NCBI GenBank assembly: GCA_964530075.1
Contig: CAZGXU010000003.1
Span: 680-64,679 of the forward strand
Source of the DNA: an uncultured Thermotogae bacterium
GTDB taxonomy: Bacteria > Bipolaricaulota > Bipolaricaulia > UBA7950 > UBA9294
Direction: 5' to 3'
DNA: 64,000 bases
The notes beneath the pieces are model-generated. The model searched no databases, was not told the origin of the DNA, and saw only the letters and a program-made list of their open reading frames with translations. Below, piece after piece: positions 51,952-61,552 of the stretch; position 1 is the stretch's first letter; every line of letters starts with the position of its first letter. A program made the translations under genes and the position numbers.

Positions 51952-54888
51952 CTAGTCGCTCCGCTTCTCCGGGCAGATCGCAGCGTACGGGCAGTACCGG
52001 CAGGCCTGATAGACCGGCTCTCCGGGGAACGCGGCGGCGCGGATCCCTTCAGCGGCGCGGTCCATGTCGGCCATTGCGCGCTCGATCGTCTTCTCCGACG
52101 GGATCGCGCGCCCGACGACGATCTCCGGCGTGAGGAAGCGGAGCTCGACCGCGACCGGGAGCGCGCCGAACAGCCCTCGGTAGGCGAGGGCGTAGAGGGC
52201 GAGCTGGCGGCTCTCCTTCGTTCGCCTCGTCGCCTGCTCCTCGGTCCGCACGTCCGAGGTCTTGTAGTCGATGATCGTGCCCTCGGCGCCGTCGGCGATG
52301 TCGATCCGGTCGAAGACCCCGACAAGGCGGATCCCGTCTTGTACCAGGGAGAAGCGCCGTTCGATGTACGTCGGGACGGACGCCTCCGCGGCCTCGAACG
52401 CGCGGAACGCCTCGAGCGCCTTCAGCCCCTCCTGAAGGCGGAGTTCCTCGTGCTCCGGGGTGAGGAACCCCTCCGCCTGCCAGTGCTTCCGGAAGATCGC
52501 GTGGAGGTCGGCCAGAGAAGTCTCCCGCCCGGCGATCCGATGCAGGTGGTACAGGCGGATCGCCTGGTGGATCGCGTTCCCGTAGATCACGGTGTGAGGC
52601 TGCCGGATCGGGACCCGCAGGACGTGGATGTAGCGGTACTTCAGGGGGCACGTCAGGTAGTCGTCGATCTTCCGATAGCTCAACGGGAGGATCTCCTCCC
52701 CGCGCGGGAAGAGCATCGACTCACCGGTGCCAAGCGGCCCTTCCCCCCCGGCGCCGGCGTGCCGCGTGATCCGCGCCAGCGGGGAGCGCCGCTGAGGGAC
52801 GAGCTGCGACGCATCGAGGTCGAGCGCCTCGGAGACGAACAGGCTCGGCTTGCGGGGGCGCTTCCCACCGTAGTCTTGCGCGCTGCTCAGGTAGACGTCC
52901 TCCTTCGCCCTCGTCATGCCGACGTAGAAGAGACGCCGCTCTTCCTGACGGTGGAAGTCCGAGCCGGTGACGAGGTCCTTGACGAGTTCGTCCGGAAGCG
53001 GGATCGGGTCCCGGCGGTGAGAGGACGGAAAGCGACCGGTGACGAGTCCGACGAGGAAGACGATTGGGAATTCCAGCCCCTTCGCCTGGTGGATCGTCAG
53101 CACGTTCACCGCGTCGGCGTCCCACTGCGCATCGCCGACGGCGGGGTTGTCCCCAGCCTCGATCAGCGCGTCGAGGTAGTCGATGAACCACGCGACGCGA
53201 TCGTAGCGCGTGACCCGCGAGAAGCGCTCGACGATCGAGAAGAGCTTCGCCAGGTTCTGGATCCGCTGGGCATCGCGAGCCGATTCGGAGTTGGACAGCC
53301 GCTCGATCGTTCCCGTCTGGGTCGACAGGTACTGGTAGAGGAGGTCGCCGGTCCGCTCCTGCGTCGACAGGGGGAGCATGACGTCGAGGTCGTCGAGGAG
53401 GTGGACGATCCTCTCCCGTCCCTTCTCCGAGATGTCCAGGAATCCGGGCGTCTTGGAGGCGATGCGAAGGACCTGCAGAAGCCCCTTGTTCCGGCGGCGC
53501 GCGTGGCCGGTCGCCGAAGCGAGCGCCTCGGCCGGGACGCTGTATGGGGGGGAGCCGGCGAGGTGATGGAGCGACATCGTGTCCCGCGGATCGGCGAGGA
53601 CGCGGAGAAACGCGATCGCCGAGCGGATCTCCTCCTGGTCGTACAGCCCGCGGCTTCCGGAGAAGCGCCAGGGGATCTGAAGGAGGCCGAGCGCACGGAG
53701 GAACGCCTCGGCCTGCGCGTTGCTCCGGACCAGAACGGCGAAGTCGCTCAGGCGACGGTCCTCGTCGGCCCTCCTCCGGGCGATCATCTCGGCGACGAAG
53801 TCGCACTCCTCATCGAGCGTCTCGAAGTGGACCTGATGCGGCGGTCGCCCCTTCTCCTCCACCGCGACGAGGCGCTTGTTGATCCCGGCGCGGACCTCGA
53901 GGCGATCCGGGTTGTTGTGCTGGATCAGGCGGTAGGCCGAGTCGAGGATGGCTTGGGTCGACCGGTAGTTGCGATCGAGGACGATCAGCTCGGCGTCAGG
54001 GTACGCCTCCTGGAAGCCGAGGATGTTGCTGATCGCGGCGCCGCGGAACTTGTAGATCGACTGGTCGTCGTCGCCGCAGACGGTCAGGTTTCGATGGCTG
54101 GCAAGGAGCTTCAGAAGCTCGAACTGCGCGTAGTTCGTGTCCTGGAACTCGTCGACGAGGACGTAGCGGAACCGCTCACGGTAGCGCACGAGCGCTGTCG
54201 GATGCTCACGGAACAGACGGAGGGTCAAGGTGATCAAGTCGCCGAAGTCGACGAATCCGTGCTCGAGGAGGAGACGCTGGTAGGCGGCGTAGGCCTCGGC
54301 GAGCTCGTCCTGCGTCGCGGCCTCCTCGAGCAGGAGCCGCCCCTCGTCCGCCTCCGCGTCGGCCCCTCTCGCGTCTCCGGCGAGCCGGTCTGCGTGCGCT
54401 CGGTATTCCTCCGGTGTGACGTCCTCGTCCTTGGCGCGGGAGAAGAGCGTCAGGAGCGCGCGAAGGTGGCGCATCGGGTTCCCGAGCGGGCGGTAGCGCG
54501 TGAGGGGGAGGTCGAACAGGTGGTCCTTCAGGAAGATCGCTTGCTCCGGCTCGGTCAAGATCCGGTAGTCGGGCGAAAGGCCGAGCAGGACGGCGTTCTC
54601 TCGGAGGACCCGCTCGCAGAACGAGTGAAACGTCCCGATCTGGGCCTCGATGTACCCGTACGGGACGAGGACGTCGACCCGCTCCTCCATCTCCGCGGCC
54701 GCCTTCTCGGTGAACGTGAGGGCGAGGATCTCGGCCGGAAGGGCCCTCTTCTCTGCGATCAGCCAGGCGATCCGGCGAGTGATGACCGTCGTCTTTCCCG
54801 TCCCCACGCCGGCGACGATCAGGAGCGGCCCCTCGCCGAACGTGACGGCATCCCGTTGCCGTGGACTGAGGCCGGACAGCAGATCCAT
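51952..54888 (-). CDS. UvrD/PcrA-type SF1 helicase fused to a C-terminal PD-(D/E)XK nuclease with a Cas4/AddB-like 4-Cys cluster
   Basis: Start reassigned to ATG 54888. Walker A AGVGTGKTT, DEFQDTN and TIHQAKGLEF. The C-terminus has CPLKY...DRIDI...IIDYKTS...CRYCPYAAIC. Confidence 0.85.
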   Translation of the reverse strand: MDLLSGLSPRQRDAVTFGEGPLLIVAGVGTGKTTVITRRIAWLIAEKRALPAEILALTFTEKAAAEMEERVDVLVPYGYIEAQIGTFHSFCERVLRENAVLLGLSPDYRILTEPEQAIFLKDHLFDLPLTRYRPLGNPMRHLRALLTLFSRAKDEDVTPEEYRAHADRLAGDARGADAEADEGRLLLEEAATQDELAEAYAAYQRLLLEHGFVDFGDLITLTLRLFREHPTALVRYRERFRYVLVDEFQDTNYAQFELLKLLASHRNLTVCGDDDQSIYKFRGAAISNILGFQEAYPDAELIVLDRNYRSTQAILDSAYRLIQHNNPDRLEVRAGINKRLVAVEEKGRPPHQVHFETLDEECDFVAEMIARRRADEDRRLSDFAVLVRSNAQAEAFLRALGLLQIPWRFSGSRGLYDQEEIRSAIAFLRVLADPRDTMSLHHLAGSPPYSVPAEALASATGHARRRNKGLLQVLRIASKTPGFLDISEKGRERIVHLLDDLDVMLPLSTQERTGDLLYQYLSTQTGTIERLSNSESARDAQRIQNLAKLFSIVERFSRVTRYDRVAWFIDYLDALIEAGDNPAVGDAQWDADAVNVLTIHQAKGLEFPIVFLVGLVTGRFPSSHRRDPIPLPDELVKDLVTGSDFHRQEERRLFYVGMTRAKEDVYLSSAQDYGGKRPRKPSLFVSEALDLDASQLVPQRRSPLARITRHAGAGGEGPLGTGESMLFPRGEEILPLSYRKIDDYLTCPLKYRYIHVLRVPIRQPHTVIYGNAIHQAIRLYHLHRIAGRETSLADLHAIFRKHWQAEGFLTPEHEELRLQEGLKALEAFRAFEAAEASVPTYIERRFSLVQDGIRLVGVFDRIDIADGAEGTIIDYKTSDVRTEEQATRRTKESRQLALYALAYRGLFGALPVAVELRFLTPEIVVGRAIPSEKTIERAMADMDRAAEGIRAAAFPGEPVYQACRYCPYAAICPEKRSD

Positions 54889-54958
54889 GGCGACGAGTAT
54901 AGGGAAAGGTCGCGCGGCGAGCACGTCCGGGGGGAGCGAGGACCGTGGAGGATGGAGA

Positions 54959-54979
54959 GGGGAGGCCGATGGCCTCCCC
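54959..54979 (-). terminator. Hairpin downstream of hup (9-bp GC stem, 3-nt loop); a second 6-bp hairpin lies at 54996-55011
   Basis: GGGGAGGCC-gat-GGCCTCCCC read directly. It lacks a clear U-tract, so its function as a terminator is inferred. Confidence 0.45.
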
Positions 54980-55037
54980 TTGCGGCATCTTGAAGGCTAC
55001 TCGGTCGAGTAGCTAGGGTGATTCTCTAGACCAGCCC

Positions 55038-55322
55038 CTACCTCGCCTTCTTGGCGACGAGCTCCTTCAGGTTCTTCCCTGCCTTGAACGCAGGAACGGT
55101 CTTCGCCGGAGTCTTGATCCGCTGCCCGGTCTGCGGATTCATCCGGGTCGTGGCCTTTCGCTTCCGGGTCTCGAACTTTCCGAACCCGGTGATAATGACC
55201 GGTTCGTTCTTCGCCAGTGCGGCCGTCACCACGTCGACCACACCGTCCAACGCCGCTCGGGCGTCCTTCTTCGTCAGTCCCGTCTTCTTCGCCAGCTTCT
55301 CGACCAGCTCTGCCTTGTTCAC
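55038..55322 (-). CDS. hup: DNA-binding protein HU
   Basis: GTG 55322 (AAGGGGG upstream). VNKAELVEKLAKKTGLTKKDA...GFGKFETRKRKATTRMNPQTGQRI. Confidence 0.95.
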   Translation of the reverse strand: MNKAELVEKLAKKTGLTKKDARAALDGVVDVVTAALAKNEPVIITGFGKFETRKRKATTRMNPQTGQRIKTPAKTVPAFKAGKNLKELVAKKAR

Positions 55323-55357
55323 GTCTACCCCCTTAGGGTTTAGAGAATCTGGCGCCC

Positions 55358-55386
55358 AGTATAGCAACGAGGTAGTCGCTTGCCAA
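55358..55386 (-). promoter_or_regulatory. hup promoter: TTGGCA-17-TATACT
   Basis: The reverse complement reads TTGGCA agcgactacctcgttgc TATACT, about 35 nt upstream of the GTG. Confidence 0.55.
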
Positions 55387-55561
55387 GTCTGTACCGCAGA
55401 AGGCGCCAGGCTTTGCTGCATCGAGAGGAGCGAAACCATGTTGGCATGGTCGTTTTCGGCTCTTCGCGGCCGGCGCGCCCTGTTCGGCGAACCGGCTGCG
55501 ATGTCCGTCGGAATCGGCGAATGCGGACGGAACGGCTGCGATCGGACGGCGGAGGAGCGGG

Positions 55562-56875
55562 CTAGCCGACGACCGCCTCGAACGCTTCGGCGAGGATGTC
55601 CATCCCCTCGTCGATCTGCTCGTCAGAGATCACGAGGGGGACGAGGACGCGAAGGACGTTTCCGGACAGGCCTGCGGTCGGGAAGAGGGCGCCGTTTCGG
55701 AGCGCCTCGCGGGCGATCTGCTCGGTCAGCTCTCCGGCCGGTTCCTTCGTCCCCCGATCGAGGACCAGCTCGGCGCCGACCATCGCGCCGAGTCCGCGGA
55801 TGTCGCCGATGACGTCGAACCGCTCGGCGAGCCGCGCGAAGCACTCCCTGATCCGGTCTCCGACGTGAACGGCCCGCTCAAGGAGGTTCTCCTCGTCGAG
55901 GCCCTTGATCACCTCGATCGCGGCGCGGCAGGCGAGCGGGTTGCCGGCGTAGGTCCCTCCGATGGCGCCGGCGATCGGCGCGTCCATGATCTCCGCCCTT
56001 CCGACGACCCCGGAGAGGGGGAGGCCCGAGCCGAGCGACTTGCCGACGCAGACCAAGTCCGGCTGCGCGCCGAAGTGTTCGAACGCGAAGAACCGGCCCG
56101 TGCGGCCGATTCCCGACTGGACCTCGTCGAACGCGAGGACGAACCCGTGCTCGTTGGCGAGGTCACGCATCGCGGGGAGAAACCAGTCCGGCGGGATCAG
56201 GAATCCCCCCTCCCCGATCACCGGCTCGACGACCATCGCGGCGACCTCCGAGGGATCGACGAGGGAGAGGAGGGCCCACTCGATCTCGTCCGCGGTGACG
56301 GGCTTCCGATACTCGTAGGGGTACGGGAGACGGTAGACGTCCGGAGCGAACGGACCGAACCCGTACTTGTACGGCTTCGCCTTGTGGGTCATCGTCATCG
56401 CCAGGAGCGTGCGCCCGTGGAACGCGTTTTCGAAGACCAAGACGGCCTTCCGCTTGGTGTAAGCGCGGGCGATCTTGACGGCGTTCTCGACCGCCTCGGC
56501 GCCGCTGTTGAAGAACGCGGCCTTCAGCTCGCCGTCGATCGCCGTCCGCGCGCACAGGAGCTCGGCCAGCTCGATGAACGGCGCGTAGGGCACAGCGGTG
56601 AAGTCGGTGTGCAGGTAGTCGTCGATCTGGTCCCGCAACGCCCGGACGACGCGCTCGTTCCGCTGCCCGAGCGCGAGGCAGCCCCACCCGCCGGTGAAGT
56701 CGATGAACCGGTTCCCGTCGAGATCCTCGATGATCGCCCCCTCGCTTCGTTGGACGATGAACGGGGCGAACGTCACGAGCGGGGCCGCGACGTACTTCGC
56801 CTTGGCGGCGAAGACGGCGGCCGACTTGGGGCCGGGAAGCTCCGTCTGGATACGGGCGAAGCGGCGATCGACCAT
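55562..56875 (-). CDS. Class III PLP aminotransferase (4-aminobutyrate/omega-amino acid aminotransferase-like)
   Basis: FFNSGAEAVE, DEVQSGIGRTG and the PLP-Lys context CVGKSLG. Confidence 0.9.
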   Translation of the reverse strand: MVDRRFARIQTELPGPKSAAVFAAKAKYVAAPLVTFAPFIVQRSEGAIIEDLDGNRFIDFTGGWGCLALGQRNERVVRALRDQIDDYLHTDFTAVPYAPFIELAELLCARTAIDGELKAAFFNSGAEAVENAVKIARAYTKRKAVLVFENAFHGRTLLAMTMTHKAKPYKYGFGPFAPDVYRLPYPYEYRKPVTADEIEWALLSLVDPSEVAAMVVEPVIGEGGFLIPPDWFLPAMRDLANEHGFVLAFDEVQSGIGRTGRFFAFEHFGAQPDLVCVGKSLGSGLPLSGVVGRAEIMDAPIAGAIGGTYAGNPLACRAAIEVIKGLDEENLLERAVHVGDRIRECFARLAERFDVIGDIRGLGAMVGAELVLDRGTKEPAGELTEQIAREALRNGALFPTAGLSGNVLRVLVPLVISDEQIDEGMDILAEAFEAVVG

Positions 56876-56948
56876 CGTTCCTCCCGGGGACTCTGTGAGC
56901 TCGGCGGATGGTACCGGATCGGGAAGCTGGCGTTCAACAGGCCGCGCG

Positions 56949-57797
56949 TCAGGCGACGGAGTAGATCCGCCCGGGCGGGACGAGCGTCACCTTGAAGTCG
57001 AGGTCGTCGTGCCGGCCGCTCGCCGCCTCGATCTCGCGAAGCTTCGTCTTGTACCGGCTGGAGATGTGGACGCAGAGGAGCTCCTTCTTCACGCGGGCCT
57101 GGCGGGCACAGGCGATCGCCTCGATCAACGTCGCGTGCTTGTACTCCTTCCGATCCTCATCGTCGAGGAATGTCGTATCGTGGCAGAGGATCTCGGTGTC
57201 GGCGACATAGGCCGGCTTGATCGCGACGGAGTCGCCGCCGTAGGAGAAGAGCTTCTGGTCGTAGTAGTCGGTGATCGATTCCTTCCCCTCCGCCTTGACG
57301 CGGGCGATGATCTCCTCCTGGGAGGCGCCGGCGAGTTCGGGCTTCAGCCGGTGGCGGACCTCGACGACGTTGTATCCGAGCGAGATCTCGTTGTGCACGT
57401 GGACGGTCGGGAAGGCCTCGACGTAGCGGGGGAGCTGCCCGGCGAGCATCTCGACGCGGTCCCCGGGCTCGAGGGGGACCCACTCCAGGCGATAGCTGAG
57501 GCGACGATTCGTCCGGGCAATGTAGCTCATCATCTCGGTGACGAGGTAGTTTCCCTTCGGGTAGTAGACGGTCAGCTCCTTCTCCTTGTCGCCCATCGCG
57601 GTGTTGCGGATGTTGATCAGCCCGATGAGGCCACCGATGTGGTCGGCGTGGCCGTGGGAGAGGAAGACGTGCCGGACGGCGAACGCCTTGTTCCCGAGGA
57701 TCGAGCTTGCGCCCTCGCCGGCGTCGAACAGGATCCGATCGGCGCTGTAGTAGATCCACGTCGAGTACAGCGCCTTCGAGTAGATCAGCAACCGCAT
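56949..57797 (-). CDS. MBL-fold metallo-hydrolase (RNase Z-like)
   Basis: LFDAGEG and HGHADH (HxHxDH) motifs, 282 aa. Confidence 0.8.
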   Translation of the reverse strand: MRLLIYSKALYSTWIYYSADRILFDAGEGASSILGNKAFAVRHVFLSHGHADHIGGLIGLINIRNTAMGDKEKELTVYYPKGNYLVTEMMSYIARTNRRLSYRLEWVPLEPGDRVEMLAGQLPRYVEAFPTVHVHNEISLGYNVVEVRHRLKPELAGASQEEIIARVKAEGKESITDYYDQKLFSYGGDSVAIKPAYVADTEILCHDTTFLDDEDRKEYKHATLIEAIACARQARVKKELLCVHISSRYKTKLREIEAASGRHDDLDFKVTLVPPGRIYSVA

Positions 57798-57928
57798 GTC
57801 ATCCCTCCGCCCGGCGGCCCGACCTGCCTGCGGCCGATTCCGGCCGCGCGCCGCTCCGGCGACCGGATAGTATACCCGGCGCCCGCAGGCGAAACATCCG
57901 ATCAGAACAGGATTGAAGCCTCGGGCTA

Positions 57929-57957
57929 TTGCCGAGATCCCGTTCGTCTCCTAGAAT
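57929..57957 (+). promoter_or_regulatory. Putative serS promoter: TTGCCG-17-TAGAAT
   Basis: Read directly. GGAGG Shine-Dalgarno and ATG 57981 follow within 25 nt. Confidence 0.45.
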
Positions 57958-57980
57958 TCCACAGCGAATGGAGGCCGAAG

Positions 57981-59240
57981 ATGCTCGACATCCGCGAGAT
58001 CCGAGAAGACCGGGCCGGGATCGAGTCCCGACTGCGGGCGCGCGATCCGTCGATCGACCTGGGCGAGATCCTCTCGCTCGATGAGGAGAGACGCCGACTG
58101 ATCGCCGAGGTCGAGGGAATGAAGGCGGAGCGGAACCGCGGCTCTCAGGAGGTCGGTCGGAGGAAGCGGGCCGGCGAGGGGGTCGAGGACCTGCTCTCTC
58201 GCCTGTCTGAGATCGCCGATCGGATCGCGGCGCTCGACGAAGAGCTTCGGGAGGCGGAAGCGCAGATCGAACGACGCCTCGCCCTCCTTCCCAACGTCCC
58301 CCACGAGTCGGTCCCGGCCGGAGGGAAGGAAGCGAATCTCGTCCTGAAGACGGTGGGGGAGAAGCCGGAGCCCCCATTCCCGATCCGACATCACCTGGAG
58401 ATCGGGGAGGAGAAGGGGATCCTCGACTTCCCGCGCGCCGCGGCGATCGCCGGAGCGCGGTTTCCGATGTACGTCGGCGCCGGGGCGCGGCTCGAGATGG
58501 CACTGATCCAATTCATGTACTTCCATCACGCGGGTCGCGGTTACGTCCCGATCCTCCCGCCATTTTTAGCGAACGCGAGGAGCTTTTACGTCTCGTCTCA
58601 GCTGCCGAAGTTCGCCGACGACGTCTACCACATCGAGAAGGACGAGCTGTATCTGAATCCGACGGCGGAGAGCCTCCTGGTCAATCTCCATCGGGACGAG
58701 ATCCTGTCGATCGACGAGCTGCCGAAGTACTACGTTGCGTACACGCCATGCTTCCGCCGGGAGGCGGGAAGCTACGGCGAGGAGGAGCGCGGCCTGATCC
58801 GCGTGCACCAGTTCAACAAGGTGGAACTGTTCAAGTTCACCACGCCTGATTCCTCGTACGACGAGCTGGAGAAGCTCATCGCCGACGCGGAGACGGTGCT
58901 GCAGGCGCTCGATCTCCACTACCGGGTCGTGCTGTTGGCGAGCGGGGACATCGCGCAGCAATCGAGCAAGACGGTCGACCTCGAGGTCTACCTCCCCGGC
59001 CAGGGACGGTACTACGAGGTCTCCTCGTGCACGAATTGCGAGGCGTTCCAGGCGCGTCGGGGGGACATCCGGTATCGGCCCGCGCCGAAGGCGAAGCCGG
59101 AGTTCGTGCATACCCTGAACGGCTCCGGCCTCGCCACCTCGCGCCTGATGGCGGCGATTCTGGAGAACAATCAGACGGAGGACGGGCGAATCCGGATCCC
59201 CGAGGTGCTGCAGGAGACGGTCGGGGCGGAGACGATATGA
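57981..59240 (+). CDS. serS: Seryl-tRNA synthetase
   Basis: ATG 57981 lies inside the long ORF 56694..59240. N-terminal coiled coil, TPCFRREAGS, RVHQFNKVE and GSGLATSR. Confidence 0.95.
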   Translation: MLDIREIREDRAGIESRLRARDPSIDLGEILSLDEERRRLIAEVEGMKAERNRGSQEVGRRKRAGEGVEDLLSRLSEIADRIAALDEELREAEAQIERRLALLPNVPHESVPAGGKEANLVLKTVGEKPEPPFPIRHHLEIGEEKGILDFPRAAAIAGARFPMYVGAGARLEMALIQFMYFHHAGRGYVPILPPFLANARSFYVSSQLPKFADDVYHIEKDELYLNPTAESLLVNLHRDEILSIDELPKYYVAYTPCFRREAGSYGEEERGLIRVHQFNKVELFKFTTPDSSYDELEKLIADAETVLQALDLHYRVVLLASGDIAQQSSKTVDLEVYLPGQGRYYEVSSCTNCEAFQARRGDIRYRPAPKAKPEFVHTLNGSGLATSRLMAAILENNQTEDGRIRIPEVLQETVGAETI

Positions 59241-59980
59241 GCGAGATCCTGGTGGCGGCGGACGGCCTGACGAAGACGTTCACCTCGCGTCGCGGGACGA
59301 TCGACGCCGTCGTCGACGTGTCGTTCGAGTGCCCCGCCGGCCAGATCTTCGGCGTCCTCGGCCCGAACGGCGCCGGAAAGACGACGACGCTCCGGATGTT
59401 GGCGACGATCCTCACGCCGACCGCGGGAACGGCGACGATCGCCGGGTTCGACGTCCGCACCCAGCCGGGTGAGGTCAGGGAACGGATCGGCTTCCTCGCC
59501 ACCGAGACCGGGCTGTACGATCGGTTCACCGCCCGCGAGACCCTCCGCTTCTTCGGTCGGATCAACAACCTCTCGCCCGAGGAGATCCGGGTTCGCTCCG
59601 ACGAGATCTTCGAGACGCTCGACATGGCCGCGCTCGCCGATCGCCGGGTCGGGACGTTCTCCACCGGGGAAAAGCAGAAGCTCTCGCTCGCGCGGAGCAT
59701 CCTGCACGACCCGCCGGTGCTGATCCTCGACGAGCCGACGTTCGGGCTCGACGTGATGGCGGCGAGGACGGTCGTCGAGACGATCGGTCTGTTCCGGGAA
59801 CAGGGCCGGACGATCCTTCTCTCGACCCACATCATGCGGGTCGCGGAGAAGCTCTGCGATCGGATCGGGATCCTCTACCGCGGGCGGCTCCGCGCCCTCG
59901 GTACGCTCGAAGAACTGGCGGCTCGGTTCGGGGGCGAAGACCTGGAGGAGGTCTTTTTCGCTGCTGTCGGAGCGGAATAG
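59237..59980 (+). CDS. ABC transporter ATP-binding protein (NatA/NosF-like)
   Basis: ATG 59237 overlaps the serS stop. Walker A GPNGAGKTT, signature FSTGEKQKL and Walker B LILDEP. Confidence 0.9.
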   Translation: MSEILVAADGLTKTFTSRRGTIDAVVDVSFECPAGQIFGVLGPNGAGKTTTLRMLATILTPTAGTATIAGFDVRTQPGEVRERIGFLATETGLYDRFTARETLRFFGRINNLSPEEIRVRSDEIFETLDMAALADRRVGTFSTGEKQKLSLARSILHDPPVLILDEPTFGLDVMAARTVVETIGLFREQGRTILLSTHIMRVAEKLCDRIGILYRGRLRALGTLEELAARFGGEDLEEVFFAAVGAE

Positions 59981-60062
59981 CCCGGGCGGGGGTTCCCGCT
60001 CCGGGTCGGACGTGATATCCTGGTGGTCGCGGAAGATGGAGATGAAACCCAAGGAGGCAACG

Positions 60063-61541
60063 ATGGGCAGGAAGGTCGTACTCGCGGCGGCGGCCGTTTC
60101 GGTCGTCGTGCTGTCGGTCGTCCTGGTGGGGGGGCAGGTCGGAGGCGGGGAGGTCCTGTGGTGGGGAAACCGTGAACCGATCTATATCTACGGGGACGAT
60201 GACTTCACGATCGAGAACGGGGTGATGTCCGGGAGCGGGACTGCAGATGCCCCCTACATCATCGAGGGCTGGCGGATCGATTCACCGGGGGCCGACTACG
60301 GGATCTACATCGATCACACGACGGCCCACTTCGTCATCCGCGACTGCGTGATCGAGAGAGCGCGCCTGGCGGGGATCTACTTCAACACGGTGCGGAACGG
60401 CCGCGTGGAGGGGGCGCAGATCGGCCTCGCCGGCACCGCCGTCTACCTCCTCGATTCGGCGAAGAACGTGCTCACGGGGAACGTCGTCGCCGAGAGCCGG
60501 TACGGGGTCGTGATGGGTGCGAACTCGCGCGGCAACTGCATCATCGGGAACACGTTCCTCGATAACGGAATGAGCGCGTACGATCCGTACCAATGGAACA
60601 CCTGGTTCGAACCGTGCCGCGGGAACTACTGGAGCGACTACGACGGCGGCGATCACAACGGGGACGGAATCGGCGATGTCGCCTACCGCCGCGTCGATGA
60701 CCGGTATCCCCTGATCGACCCGCCGACCGAGTGGACCCGCGTCGCACCGACCGGCCTCGGCTTCGCCGGGAATCGGATTGCTCCGGACGGATCGCTCGTC
60801 GTCACGTCCGAGACGCCGATCACCCTGTCGGCGCTCGATCCGGGAAGCGGTGTCGCGGAGATCCGCTACGCGATCGACGAGGGAGGCTGGACCCCGTACG
60901 ATGGTCCGGTCTACATCACCGGCGAGGATGGGCCGCGGAAGCTGATGTACTACGGCCTCGATCACCTCGGAAATGTCGAGCCGAAGCAGACGGTCCGCCT
61001 CTTCCTCGACAACCATCCGCCGGAGACGGTCCTCGACGTCGGCGAGCCGAGCTACGTGGACGAGCGGGGGACCTGGATCACGTCGAAATCGCCGATTGCA
61101 CTCCGCCTCGTACAGGGTTCGACCTACGGCGAAACGCGGATCTACTACAACGTCGACGGGCGCGGCTGGCGGCTCTATTCCAAGCCGTTTGTGATCGAGG
61201 GGCCGGACGGGCCGCGGCGGATCGCCTTCTACGGGCAGAACGCGTCGGGCGTCACCGAAGCGACGAAGTCGATGATCCTCAACAAGGACGACGCCGCTCC
61301 GAGCACGCGGGGCGGGGAGGCGTCCTCGTCGATGGAGGTCCAGATCGGTGGGGACATCGAGGGGCCGCATCCGGAAGCCTCCCTGGCCGCACCGCCCGCG
61401 ATCGAGCGCGAGGAGGAGCCTGAGCCAGAGACCGACGGGGCGTCCGTCCAGACCGGGCCGGCGACCGTCGTGGAACCGGAGGCGGACGGGACCGCTCCGG
61501 AATCGATGCCCCGCCCTTCGACCGAGGGCGGCGAGTCCTAG
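60063..61541 (+). CDS. Membrane-anchored right-handed beta-helix protein (NosD/CASH-like) with two Ig-like repeats and an acidic Pro/Glu-rich tail
   Basis: ATG 60063 (AAGGAGG upstream) and an N-terminal TM segment. Parallel beta-helix repeats are present (IRDCVIE.., GIYF.., AVYLLDS.., GNVVAES.., GVVMGAN.., CIIGNTF..). It ends with NYWSDYDG.DHNGDGIGD, typical of NosD-family C-termini. Confidence 0.75.
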   Translation: MGRKVVLAAAAVSVVVLSVVLVGGQVGGGEVLWWGNREPIYIYGDDDFTIENGVMSGSGTADAPYIIEGWRIDSPGADYGIYIDHTTAHFVIRDCVIERARLAGIYFNTVRNGRVEGAQIGLAGTAVYLLDSAKNVLTGNVVAESRYGVVMGANSRGNCIIGNTFLDNGMSAYDPYQWNTWFEPCRGNYWSDYDGGDHNGDGIGDVAYRRVDDRYPLIDPPTEWTRVAPTGLGFAGNRIAPDGSLVVTSETPITLSALDPGSGVAEIRYAIDEGGWTPYDGPVYITGEDGPRKLMYYGLDHLGNVEPKQTVRLFLDNHPPETVLDVGEPSYVDERGTWITSKSPIALRLVQGSTYGETRIYYNVDGRGWRLYSKPFVIEGPDGPRRIAFYGQNASGVTEATKSMILNKDDAAPSTRGGEASSSMEVQIGGDIEGPHPEASLAAPPAIEREEEPEPETDGASVQTGPATVVEPEADGTAPESMPRPSTEGGES

Positions 61542-61552
61542 GGCCCCCGCCG

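Noticed and set aside
51799-54993. 1064-aa + strand ORF
   Set aside because: It mirrors the helicase-nuclease gene on the opposite strand. It has no helicase or other motifs and a biased composition.
57798-57980. T-box leader upstream of serS
   Set aside because: The distance from the promoter-like element to the ATG is only about 25 nt. There is no specifier loop, no T-box consensus (AANNNGGGTGGTACCGCG-like) and no terminator/antiterminator pair.
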